Positions 38,841 through 48,546 of a stretch of DNA of 64,000 bases are shown here, one piece after another; positions within the stretch are counted from its first letter, which is position 1; every line of letters starts with the position of its first letter. The notes below the pieces were generated by a model. It was not told the DNA's origin. It did not search any database and was given only the letters and a program-made list of their open reading frames with translations. This DNA is from an uncultured Thermoplasmata archaeon (GTDB lineage: Archaea > Thermoplasmatota > Thermoplasmata > Lutacidiplasmatales > UBA184), in assembly GCA_963708255.1 (NCBI GenBank), contig CAVPSE010000002.1, positions 1,461,842 through 1,525,841 of the forward strand, read 5' to 3'. Position numbers and translations under genes: made by a program.

Positions 38841-39649
38841 CTAGGCCCCCGGGTGGCTGGCATACCCAACGGGATCGAGCACCACGGTGCGAAGCCGGCC
38901 GCCGCCACGGAGCGCCGGACCTCGGAGGCGGACGGCTCGCTGAGAAGGCGCGGCACCTCGTCCGGGTCGACCACGACCCGGGCGTCGAGGCCATCCGTTC
39001 GCACCCGGACCCGCCGGAAGCCCCGGCGATGGAGCTCGTTCTCGGCCCGTTCGATGCGGGTCAGGAGATCGAGCGTGATCGGACGGCCGTGGGGGACCCG
39101 CGAGGCGAGGCACGCCTCGGACGGTTGGTCCCAGTTCGGGAGTCCCGCCTCTCGGGCATAGGAACGGACCTGCCCCTTCCGCCAGCCGGGCCCAGAGGAG
39201 CGGATGGGACGCCCCGGCCTCGTCCATCGCCCGCGAGCCCGGGTCGGTCGTCGCCCAGGTCGTCCAGCTGGACCCCATCGAGGATCTGGGGGATCTCCTG
39301 GCCGTCCGCCCACGCCCGCAACGCGGTCATCTCGGTCCGGCGGCAGAAGTAGCACCGGGAGCTGGGGTTCGCTCGGGTACTCGACCACCTCGAGCGGATC
39401 GGCCGGGACGAGGGTGTGGGGAAGCCCGATCTTGCGGGCGACGGCCCGCGCCCGATCCACCTCGGAGGCCGCCACCGCCGCCCCCGTGAGGGTGACCGCG
39501 AACGCCTGCTTCCCGAGGGCCCGGTGGGCCAGCTCGGCGACCACGCCGGAGTCGACCCCGCCCGAAAGGGCGACGACCGCGGGGCCTCCGGCCCGGACAT
39601 GGTCGAGGATCTCCTCGACCGAACGGGGCGCGGGTCCGCGGGCGTCCAT
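38841..39649 (-). pseudogene. PP-loop ATP pyrophosphatase, LarE-like / TIGR00268 family (about three apparent frameshifts)
   Basis: PP-loop VVALSGGVDSGV (ORF 38687..39751). RCYFCRRTEMTALRAWADGQEIPQILDGVQLDDLGDDRPG (ORF 39061..39600). PSEACLASRVPHGRPITLDLLTRIERAENELHRRGFRRVRVR. Tail TVVLDPVGYASHPGA. Confidence 0.7.
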
Positions 39650-39759
39650 CGGACAGGTAGCTCGCCGGCGGACCATTACGCTTTGCCGCCCGGGTACAGG
39701 AAACGCCTCGGGGAGAGGGCGTTCCGCAACTCCCATACCGCGCCGCTCCATGGCGGGCC

Positions 39760-40191
39760 ATGCAGGAGCTCATCGAGGCGGACCGGGCGGTTCTGCGGTT
39801 GAACCTGGGCGAGGAACTGTTCGAGAGCTTCCGGTCCTTCTCGACCCGTCACAGGGTCCGTGCCGGCATCGTGGTCGAAGGGATCGGGATGCTCCGGGAG
39901 GCGACGCTGGGGTTCTGGAACGGGCGGGAGTACGTTCCTCACGTCCTCTCCGCCCCGCACGAGCTCGTCGGATTGCACGGGTCGATCGCCGAGGTCGATG
40001 GGACGCCCTCGCTCCACCTTCATGCGGCCCTCGCCGGGCCGGACCACCGGGTCCTCGGGGGTCACCTCCTCCGTGGCGTGGTCGGCGTCGTGGTCGAGGC
40101 GTACGTGACCACGTTCCCGAACCGCACCTTCGGCCGCCCACTGGACGAGTCGCTCGGCCTCCGAACGCTCGACCTCGCCCCCGGCCCCTGA
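39760..40191 (+). CDS. PPC (DUF296) domain protein
   Basis: Intact 143 aa: LRLNLGEELFESFRSFSTRHRVRAGIVVEGIGMLREATLGFW...LVGLHGSIAEVDGTPSLHLHAALAGPDHRVLGGHLL. Confidence 0.7.
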   Translation: MQELIEADRAVLRLNLGEELFESFRSFSTRHRVRAGIVVEGIGMLREATLGFWNGREYVPHVLSAPHELVGLHGSIAEVDGTPSLHLHAALAGPDHRVLGGHLLRGVVGVVVEAYVTTFPNRTFGRPLDESLGLRTLDLAPGP

Positions 40192-40231
40192 CGGGCGCTA
40201 TCCCTTTCCGTCCGCCGGCTCCCGCTTCGGC

Positions 40232-43062
40232 ATGCCCGACGACGAGCCCGATCCGATCGACCGGCTCGATCCGCGGCTCGTCGCCGCGGTGCGTCGAAGG
40301 GGGATCGCGGAGCTCACCGAGATCCAGCGGCTGGCGCTCCCCCTCCTCCACGGCAGTTCCGACGCCCTGCTCATCTCCCCGACGGGGACCGGGAAGACCG
40401 AGGCCGCGCTCCTACCTCTCCTCTCCCGGCAGCTGAAGGATCCCTCCCCGCCGGTGAGCCTCCTGTACATCACGCCGCTGAGGGCGCTGAACCGCGACCT
40501 GGCGGTACGCCTCACCGAGCTGTGCCGGGAGGTCGGCCTCATCGCCGCGGTCCGCCACGGCGACACGTCCTCCGGGGATCGGCTTCGGCAGGCCCGCCGC
40601 CCTCCCGACCTGCTCCTGACCACCCCGGAGACCCTGCAGATCCTGCTGGTGGGAACCCGGCTCCGGGAGGGGCTCCGGGGCGTGCGGGCGGTGATCGTCG
40701 ATGAGGTCCACGAGCTCGCCACGTCGGACCGGGGAGCTCAGCTGGCCCTCACCCTCGAACGGTTGGAAGCGTTCGTGGGCCGTCCGATCCGGCGGATCGG
40801 CCTCTCCGCCACCGTCGGGAACCCCGACCACGTGGCGCGCTTCCTGTCGCCCGAGCCCCGGCGAGGTGGAGGTCCGGTCGGCGGTCCAGCGGCGCCACAT
40901 CGTCATCACGCCCGAGATCCCGCCCGCGAGACCGCCCCCGGTCCCCGCGCCGCTCGCCGCCGAGCTGAAGGCGGACGCGATCCAGCTGGGGGGTCTGGTG
41001 GCCCTCGAGACCGCGATCCGGGCCCATACGACGACGCTCATCTTCGTGAACACTCGACCCACCGCCGAGGGGCTCGCCGCCCGGCTCCACCGGCTCGCCC
41101 CCGACCTCGCGGTCGCGGTCCACCACGGCTCGCTCTCCCGGGAGATGCGCGAGGAGGCGGAGGAGGCGTTCCGTTCGGGCAAGCTGCGGGCCCTCGTCGC
41201 GACCTCCTCGCTCGAGCTTGGGCTCGACATCGGCCACGTGGACCTGGTGATCCAGTTCGGCTCCCCGCACCAGGCGAGCCGGCTCCTGCAGCGCGTCGGC
41301 CGCTCCGGTCACCGCCTCGGACGGGAGGTGCGGGGGATCGTCCTGAGCCTCGACGAGGAGGACCTGGAGGAGGCGGCGGTCCTCGCCCGCCGCGCGGTGG
41401 CCGGCGAGCTCGAACCGATCCGACTGGCGGACCCGGAACCGACTGGCCGTCGGCCAGCAGGTCGTCGCCGCTCTCCGCGCGAACGGGACGGTGGACGCGG
41501 GCGAGCTCGCCGCGGCTGTTCCGGCGGACCGCGGTGGCCCACGACCATCGACGACGACGAATGGGACGCGCTCGTCGGCCTACCTCGCCGAGCTCGGCTC
41601 GCTCCGACAGGAACCGGGCCGCATCGCGCCCGGCCGGGCGACGCTCCACCGGTTCTACGAGACGCTCTCCCTCATCCCGGATGAGCGGACGTACCGGCTC
41701 CGGGACATCGCCACCCGCCGAGTGATCGGAACCCTCGACGAACGGTTCGTCCTCACGCAGGTGGTGGCCCCGCCGGATGGCCTGTTCCTTCTCCACGGCC
41801 GGACCTGGAAGGTGGTCGAGTATCGGGACGGCGAGCTCCTGGTCGAGACCGTCGCCGAGATCGGCCAGGAACCCCGGTGGGTCGGGGAGGACCTCCCGGT
41901 CCCGTTCGAGGTCGCGCAAGAGATCGGGCGGCTCCGCCGCCTTCGGGACCTGAGCGGCTATGTGCTGTCGGACGAGGCCCGGCGGCGCCTCGGCGCGCGG
42001 CTCGCGGTGGGAGCGGCCGAGGCCGTGATCCCCGACGATCGGTACGGTCACCGTGACGCCCCAGGGACGCCTCGCGGTCTACGGGGCGTGCTTCGGGACC
42101 CGGACGAACGAGACGTTGGCCCTCGTGACCGCGGGCACCCTGACCGCCCGTCTCGGGGCCCGGGTCGAGGTGGTGGCGGTGGAACCGACGTGGTTCGTGC
42201 TCGGGCTTCCGGTCGCCGTGGACGGGGATGCCCTGGCGCCAGGCGCTCTCGACCCCGCCCGAGGCGCTGGACGACACGATGCGCCAGCTGGTCCCGACCG
42301 GCGTGGACTACCGGTGGGTGTTCCTCACCGTGGCGCGGAAGCTCGGGCTGCTCCCGCCGTCGGCCGACCCCCGGGACCTCCGCACCCTCGAGCCGCTGCT
42401 CGAGCGGACCCAGGGGACCCCGATCGGCGAAGAGGCCCTCGAGAAGACCCTCCACGAGCGGTTCGACGTGCCCCACGCCCACGCGGTCCTCGAGGACCTG
42501 CGCGACGGCCGACGGTCGGTCCGGATCGCGCCCCCCGGTCCGTGGTCCGACGGACCGGTGGGCCGGCTCCGTTGGCACGAGCTTCCGGATACCCCGCCCC
42601 CGACGCTGCTCAAGGCCATCGAGGAGCGGTTGCGCAAAGAGGAGCTGACCCTGGTGTGCCTGCGGTGCGGCTTCACGCGCACCACGACCGCCGAACGGTA
42701 TCGCGCCGAGGGAGGGAGCCGGTGCGCGCTCGTGCCACGGGTCCCTCTCGGCGGTGTTCTCCCCCGGCGGACCGAAGGAGATCGAGAACGTCTCGCAGTA
42801 CGCGAAGCGGAAGTGGAAGGGGAAACGGACCGCCAAGGCGGCGACCGAACGCATCACGCCCGTCATGCGCCAGGCGTACACCTCGGCCGAGCTGGTCGCC
42901 CACCATGGGGAGAAGGCCCTCTGGTGCCTGGCCGCCCGAGGGGTCGGTCCGGACACCGCGCGTCGGCTGCTCCAGCGGCTCTACCGGAACGATGCCGAGC
43001 TCCTGACGGAGCTTCTGAAGGCCGAGCGGAGCTACGCTCGGACCCGGTCGTTCTGGGACTGA
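40232..43062 (+). pseudogene. Lhr-type DEAD/DEAH-box ATP-dependent helicase (archaeal Lhr2-like), at least six frame changes
   Basis: LISPTGTGKTEAALLP, IVDEVHEL, GLSATVGNP (ORF 40232..). VHHGSLSREMREEAEEAFRSGKLRALVATSSLELGLDIG...QRVGRSGH (ORF 40701..). Middle domains in ORFs 41491.., 42053.. and 42228... Zn-ribbon LVCLRCGF and tail GVGPDTARRLLQRLYRNDAELLTELLKAERSYARTRSFWD (ORF 42754..43062). Confidence 0.8.
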
Positions 43063-44035
43063 CCCGCCCGGCGGGCCACGTCCGATACCACCTCGAACGT
43101 CGCGGTGGTCCGGAACGCGCCGTCCCGTACGAGGCTGCGCCCGGAGCGGTGCCCCGCGGCCCGCAGCCCGTCCAATATCGAGGCGGTCGACGGAGGGGAC
43201 GGGAGGCGGAGCGCCCGGGCGAGCGTGTTCGATTCGTAGAAGAACGGGACATCGACGTTCGCCTCCTCTCGCCAGACCTCGATCCACCGGCGGAGCCGCG
43301 CGGCTCGGCGGCCCCGTCGTCCGGGAGCAGCCGATCGATGACCGCTGGGTCGACGAGCGGACCCAGCCAGAGCGGCCCGAACGGGGCCCCTTCCCCGAGC
43401 GGAGGACCGGTCCAGCTCTCGGTTTCGATCACACCGACGGGAAGCGTCTCCCGGCCGAGGGGGAGTCCGACATAGGCGCGGACGTGGTGATCGCCCACGT
43501 AGGCCGCCAGCGGGTGGAGGTGACGACCGGCCGCGTCGGCGGCGCGGGCCAGGGCCGCTAGCACGAGACGGAGCCCTCCTTCGGGACCGAGCCGGCCGCG
43601 GATCGGGCGCCCGCCGTACCGACGTTCGGCCACCCCGCGTTCCGCCCCGGCCAGAACGCGCTGGTCGGTCGCCGTGACGGCCAGGACCCCCGTGCTGGCG
43701 ACCGCCGACAGCGCGACCTCGAGGAACGGGGCCGGCGTGCCGTACGGATCGAGGTCGACGTAGTCGTACGGGCCTGCCGGCGGACCGTCGAGCGCGTCCC
43801 CCGGCCGGGCGCTCGCGCCGTCGATCGCGTACCGGGCCGCGTTGCGGGTGAGCACCTCGGCGGCCTCGGGGTGGCGTTCGGTGAGGTCGAACCGTTGGAA
43901 CCCCTTCGCCTCGTGGGCGACCCGAAGGCCGCGTGCCCCCGTCGCGCTCAGCATCTCCCAGCCGCTCGAGAGCGGAGCCCCGTTGGCCCGGATCGCGCGG
44001 ACCAACGCGACGTTCAGGTCCCGGTCGAACGCCAT
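43032..44035 (-). CDS. trm1: tRNA (guanine26-N2)-dimethyltransferase Trm1 (apparent frameshift about 43300; conserved N-terminus extends upstream of 44035 with no in-frame start)
   Basis: ORF 42863..44035: MAFDRDLNVALV...DYVDLDPYGTPAPFLEVAL...LAVTATD. C-terminus in a third frame: AARLRRWIEVWREEANVDVPFFYESNTLARALRLP..., with the stop at 43032. Upstream in-frame: SEPSISREGSTDLELPG...AVFYNRA. Confidence 0.8.
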
Positions 44036-44139
44036 GGCCCGGTTGTAGAAGACGGCCCGGCGGCGGCCGGGTCCGCGGGGGCCCTGCGGCCCGGGGAGTT
44101 CGAGGTCGGTGGACCCTTCGCGGGAGATCGATGGCTCGC

Positions 44140-44697
44140 TCAGTGGGAGCGGCCGGTCAGGAGGTGGACGATCTTGAACGCCAGCAGGTTCTTGTTCACG
44201 GGCGTGACCTCGAGCAGGCGTAGTTCGTCCCTCCGACGGATGTCCTGGAGCAGAGGGTTGCGGGACTTCTTATGGAGGGTCATGACGATGGACTTGTTGG
44301 TGTCCAGCGTGTCCACGACGCTCTTGGTGAACACCTCGCTCTCGACCTCCATCTTGCCGACCTCGTCGATCACGATGACGTCGGCGCTCTCCCGCGCCTC
44401 CTTGAGCGAGCGCGTGCCGAGGTCCTCGAGGGCCTGGAGGTTCACGCCGTACCTCCCGGATCGGATCCGGGACTTCAGGTCCTCGTGGGCGAACACGGCG
44501 TGCTCCTTCGTGAGCCAGTTGGTGATCTGGAATCCCTTTCGGCGCTGCTTCTCGACGATCGGCTCGGTGACCATGCCACCGACCTTGATCCCCTCCTCCT
44601 CGAGGAGCTGGATGATCCGAAGCAGGGTCTGGGTCTTCCCGGCCCCGGGCAGGCCGGTGATGCCGATCTTGACCGGGGCGGCGAGACGACGAGGCAC
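44140..44697 (-). CDS. nucleoside-triphosphatase THEP1-like (COG1618 NTPase)
   Basis: Intact 185 aa. Walker A GLPGAGKTQ, Walker B VIVIDEVGKME. Confidence 0.8.
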   Translation of the reverse strand: MPRRLAAPVKIGITGLPGAGKTQTLLRIIQLLEEEGIKVGGMVTEPIVEKQRRKGFQITNWLTKEHAVFAHEDLKSRIRSGRYGVNLQALEDLGTRSLKEARESADVIVIDEVGKMEVESEVFTKSVVDTLDTNKSIVMTLHKKSRNPLLQDIRRRDELRLLEVTPVNKNLLAFKIVHLLTGRSH

Positions 44698-44769
44698 AGC
44701 GAGAACTCCGAGTTTCGTGGGAACAATGGCCGGACGAGATAAGAAGATGACCTTCCTCGGCGACGGAGC

Positions 44770-45546
44770 TTGCTAGACCCCCACATGACGGCCGCCGGTG
44801 GCTCTCCGTCGATCTATCCGGTCCGCGAGGACACCGAGCTTCTCGCTCCGTTCGCGGCCGCGCGTCCCGGCGAGCGCGTGCTCGAGATCGGAACCGGCAA
44901 CGGGGCCTTGGCGCTCCGGGCCGCCCGGGCCGGCGCGCGGGTGGTCGCGACCGATCTGAACCGGGCCGCGCTCCGCGCCCTCGCTACGACCGCCCGGGCC
45001 GAACGGCTGCCGCTCGTCGCCGTGCGGACCGATGTGGCCGAGGGGACGCGCCGGTTCGACCGGATCCTCGCGAACCCGCCGTACCTCCCCACGCCCCGGG
45101 GCGGCATCGACGCCGACACGGGGGACGACCTGGCCCTGAACGGAGGACCGGACGGGTGCGCGCTCACGGCCCGCTATCTCCGCGCGTTCCGTCGCCACCT
45201 GAGCCGGTCGGGGTCCGCCTACCTGTTGGTCTCCTCGCTCCAGGACCGCGACCGGGTGGCGCGGCTCCGGGGGGAATGGGAGCGCCGCACCGGCGACGTT
45301 CGAACGGTCGCCGTGCGCGACCTCTCCGGCGAGCGTCTCGAGGTCTGGAGGCTCACGCTGCGGGTGCGGGGACCGGCGCCGTCGCGGCCCGCTGACGCGC
45401 ATGCTCCACGATCGCCCCCAGGAACCGGTGGCCATCGCCCGGTCCTTCGGGACCTCCGCTTCGTGTCCAGTCCGGCGCCTGCGCGCGGAAGAACCCGCGC
45501 TCCGGATGCGGCATCAGGCCGAACACGTTCCCCTCCGGGTTCGTGA
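44770..45546 (+). CDS. HemK/Mtq2-like N5-glutamine (NPPY) methyltransferase; the last about 60 codons are doubtful
   Basis: VLEIGTGNGALAL (motif I) and ILANPPYLP (motif IV). The ORF tail after about 45380 runs antisense through purQ and is low-complexity. Confidence 0.7.
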   Translation: MLDPHMTAAGGSPSIYPVREDTELLAPFAAARPGERVLEIGTGNGALALRAARAGARVVATDLNRAALRALATTARAERLPLVAVRTDVAEGTRRFDRILANPPYLPTPRGGIDADTGDDLALNGGPDGCALTARYLRAFRRHLSRSGSAYLLVSSLQDRDRVARLRGEWERRTGDVRTVAVRDLSGERLEVWRLTLRVRGPAPSRPADAHAPRSPPGTGGHRPVLRDLRFVSSPAPARGRTRAPDAASGRTRSPPGS

Positions 45547-46198
45547 GTCCCCCGACGTTCCCCTCGGACCCGTTGGGGTTCCAGGGATAGGTCGCCGGCC
45601 GCCCGTCCGGCGCGACCCATCGGAACAGGACCTGGCCGGCCGCCTCGAGCTCCCGCAGTCGCTCGCCCGGCGCGCCCGGGAGGACCAGCTTGCCCTCGGC
45701 GTGACCGGACGGGAACAGGAACCGGGTGTTCGACGGGACCGCGGCGAGGGGGCGGAAGTTCCCCCCCGTCCACGAGAGGAACGTCGGTCGGCACTCGTAC
45801 CGCCCGGAGTCGTTCGTCATCAGCGCGGCCCCGACCGGCCCGAGCTTTCCGCCGGGGGTGCCCGGGAGCAGTCCCAGCTCCGTCAGCACCTGGAACCCGT
45901 TGCAGATCCCGCCGACGATCTTCCCGGACTGCACGAACTCTTCGAGCTGGGGGCCGATCGAGGCCCGGACGCGCGCGGCAAAGATCGCCCCCGCGCGGAC
46001 GTAGTCGCCGGCCGAGAACCCACCGGGAAAGAACAGCATCTCGAACTCCGAGAGCCGGCGCACCTTCTCCGGGGGGACGTCGCGTCCCTCCAGCTGCTTC
46101 AGGTGGACGATCTCGGGCGACGTGCCGAGCGCGCGCAGTGCGACCGCCAGCTCCTCGTCATTGTTCGTCCCCTCGATCGTGACGAGGGCGACCTTCAT
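45353..46198 (-). CDS. purQ: phosphoribosylformylglycinamidine synthase subunit PurQ (glutaminase)
   Basis: MKVALVTIEGTNNDEEL...FFPGGFSAGDY...GGICNGFQVLTELGLLPG...GLMPHPER (Cys-His triad context). Confidence 0.88.
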   Translation of the reverse strand: MKVALVTIEGTNNDEELAVALRALGTSPEIVHLKQLEGRDVPPEKVRRLSEFEMLFFPGGFSAGDYVRAGAIFAARVRASIGPQLEEFVQSGKIVGGICNGFQVLTELGLLPGTPGGKLGPVGAALMTNDSGRYECRPTFLSWTGGNFRPLAAVPSNTRFLFPSGHAEGKLVLPGAPGERLRELEAAGQVLFRWVAPDGRPATYPWNPNGSEGNVGGLTNPEGNVFGLMPHPERGFFRAQAPDWTRSGGPEGPGDGHRFLGAIVEHARQRAATAPVPAPAA

Positions 46199-46262
46199 CC
46201 GGGCCGGCGGCACGTCAAGAGCACCACCGGACGGGACTTGAAACTTTGCGGCAGGGGTGCTA

Positions 46263-47537
46263 TCATTTGTGGGGGCCGGGAGTGCCCGGGGAAGTCGGTG
46301 TCGCCGGGACGACCGGGGGCAGGATCTGCTGGGCGGCGATCCGCTCCCCGGGCGAAGGGAGGGGCGCCCCCGGCGGGAGGATCAGGAAACCGTTGGCCCC
46401 CACCAAGCTGGTGATCGCCGAGGAGTCGCGGAAGGTGGGGGTGGCGGAGTCGCCATCGATGCGGAGGGGGACCACGGTCGCGAGGTCGCCATGCCCGGGA
46501 CGGATCGGACTGGCGAGGGTAACGGACACATCCCTCCACCCCGGCCCGGGTCGGCGGGCGCTGCGGAGCAGCGAAGGGAGCAGTAGCCAGTAGGCGTTGA
46601 GGAGGCAGGAGGTCGGGTGCCCCGGCATCCCGATGAGCAGAACGTCGCCCCGGCGGGCGGCCAGGGTCGGCTTCCCCGGGCGGACCGCCACGCCGTGGAA
46701 GAGCAGGCGGCCGATCCGACGGAACACGTGCGGGAGGAAGTCCCGCTCCCCCACGGAACTCCCGCCGGTCGCGATCACGAGGTCGCTGACCGCCGCGGCC
46801 GCCCTCAGGGCCTGCTCGATCTTTCGCGGATCGTCGACGAGAGGGGGCACGGAGCGCACCTCGGCGCCGCAGGCGCGGGCCACGGCCCCGAGCGCGATGT
46901 TGTTCGTCTCGTAGATCCGGCCCGCGCGGGACGCCTGACCGGGCACCAGGAGCTCGTTCCCGTTCGGTACGAGGGTGACGATCGGCCGTCGGTAGACCCT
47001 GACCCGGGACTGGCCGGTGGACCCGATCGCGGCCGCGGAGGCCGGGTCGATGATCGTGCCCGCGCGGGCCAGTCGGGTTCCCCGGCGGAAGTCCGATCCC
47101 GCCGGAGCGACTCGCTCGCCCGCCGGCACGGGGCCCGTCACGGTGAGCCGGTCGCCGCGCGTGCGAGCGTCCTCGAAGATCAGGACCCCATCCGCGCCAC
47201 GCGGAAGGCCGCCGCCGGTCGCGATCGCCACCGCCTCCCCCCGCCGGACCGCGGTGCGGGCCCCTCCTTCCGCGAAGATCTCGCCGGTGATCGTGAGCCG
47301 GACCGGGCTCGTCGGCGCGGCGTGGACCGTATCATCGGAGCGGACGGCGTAGCCGTCCCATGTCGCGCGGGCGAACAGCGGCACGTCCCTCGGGGCGCGG
47401 ACCTCGACGGCCGCTACCCGGTCGGCCGCCTCCGATATAGGAACCCACTCCGAGGTCGCGACGGGGCGCGTCGCCGCGAGGAGGCGTCGGCGAGCCTCCT
47501 CGATCGGGGTCAGCGCTCCGAACAGATGCCGCTTCAT
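46263..47537 (-). CDS. moeA: molybdopterin molybdenumtransferase MoeA
   Basis: Internal ATG (MKRHLFGALTPIEEARRRLL...) of ORF 46263..47645. WDGYAVRSDD and ATGGSSVGERDF motifs. ATGA overlap with the upstream kinase gene. Confidence 0.85.
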   Translation of the reverse strand: MKRHLFGALTPIEEARRRLLAATRPVATSEWVPISEAADRVAAVEVRAPRDVPLFARATWDGYAVRSDDTVHAAPTSPVRLTITGEIFAEGGARTAVRRGEAVAIATGGGLPRGADGVLIFEDARTRGDRLTVTGPVPAGERVAPAGSDFRRGTRLARAGTIIDPASAAAIGSTGQSRVRVYRRPIVTLVPNGNELLVPGQASRAGRIYETNNIALGAVARACGAEVRSVPPLVDDPRKIEQALRAAAAVSDLVIATGGSSVGERDFLPHVFRRIGRLLFHGVAVRPGKPTLAARRGDVLLIGMPGHPTSCLLNAYWLLLPSLLRSARRPGPGWRDVSVTLASPIRPGHGDLATVVPLRIDGDSATPTFRDSSAITSLVGANGFLILPPGAPLPSPGERIAAQQILPPVVPATPTSPGTPGPHK

Positions 47538-48466
47538 GCCTCTCCACGGGAACGCCCCGTCGCCGGGCCACCGGTCTCGATCCAGGCGCGGGCGGACCGT
47601 GCGCCCGCGCTGAGACAGGACTTGAGCGGCTCGCCTTCGAACCATCCGGCGTAGAAGCCGCCCCGGAACGCGTCGCCGGCACCGGTCACTTGGGTGACCG
47701 GACGAGGGCGTACGGCGGCCACCTCGACCTCCCCCCGGCGCGAGTAGGCCGCGGCTCCCCGGGCTCCCCGGGTGACGACAACGGCCCCGACCCAGCGGAG
47801 CAGCTCGTTGATCCTCTTCACCCCGACGAGCGCCATCGCCCGGTGGATCTCCGATTCATTCCCGAACACGAGCTCCGCTCCGTCCAGGAGCTCCCGGAGC
47901 CGCGTCGGCGTCCATCGATAGTGGACTTCCTGGGCGGGGTCCACCGCGACCCGCACGCCTCGGGCCCGGGCCGCGGCCTTGAGGCGGAGGATCTCGCCCG
48001 GGGGACCCGTGGTCAGATGGATCCACGGGGCCTCCTCAAGGAGGCGCGCGGGGGGACGCCACGAGGCCGCGTCGCCCATCGGCCCCTGATCAATGATCGT
48101 GCTCTGGCCGCCTCGGCCATCCTCGGCGATGAAGCAGGCAGGGGAGCTCGCCCCCGGAACGATCTCGAGCCCCCGAAGATCGATCCCTTCTCGTCCGAGT
48201 CGCGCGGTGAACGCCTCCGGGAAGTCGCCGCCTACCCGGGCCATGAGTCCGGTTCGAACCCCCCAGCCCGCCGCCGCCCGTGCGATGTTGCCCGCGGTGC
48301 CCCCGAGGCGGACACGATGGGCCGAGGCGGGCACCGTACGGTCGGGCGCCGGCAGGTGGGGGACGTCCAGGAGGTGGTCGACGTTCACGTGGCCTGCGAC
48401 CCAAAGGTCGAGGGGCGTGGCCCGAGGGACTCGAGGGGGATGGCCCGCGGTCACCGGCGGGGCCAA
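47534..48466 (-). CDS. PfkB-family carbohydrate/nucleoside kinase
   Basis: Intact 310 aa. GGTAGNIARAAA (motif 1) and VTGAGDAFRGGF (motif 2). Confidence 0.8.
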   Translation of the reverse strand: MAPPVTAGHPPRVPRATPLDLWVAGHVNVDHLLDVPHLPAPDRTVPASAHRVRLGGTAGNIARAAAGWGVRTGLMARVGGDFPEAFTARLGREGIDLRGLEIVPGASSPACFIAEDGRGGQSTIIDQGPMGDAASWRPPARLLEEAPWIHLTTGPPGEILRLKAAARARGVRVAVDPAQEVHYRWTPTRLRELLDGAELVFGNESEIHRAMALVGVKRINELLRWVGAVVVTRGARGAAAYSRRGEVEVAAVRPRPVTQVTGAGDAFRGGFYAGWFEGEPLKSCLSAGARSARAWIETGGPATGRSRGEA

Positions 48467-48546
48467 GGGCCGCAGGGCATAGAAGTTCGCCCCGCCACGC
48501 CGCCTCGCCGCGGGGAGCTTAGATAGCCGGGGACGGTCTCGGACCC

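Noticed and set aside
44140-44697. Lower-GC THEP1-like NTPase gene as a horizontally acquired island
   Set aside because: The GC dip is modest and confined to one Lys/Ile/Glu-rich conserved gene. No flanking repeats, integrase or tRNA junction are present. Other conserved housekeeping genes (SBDS, rrp41) show similar dips.
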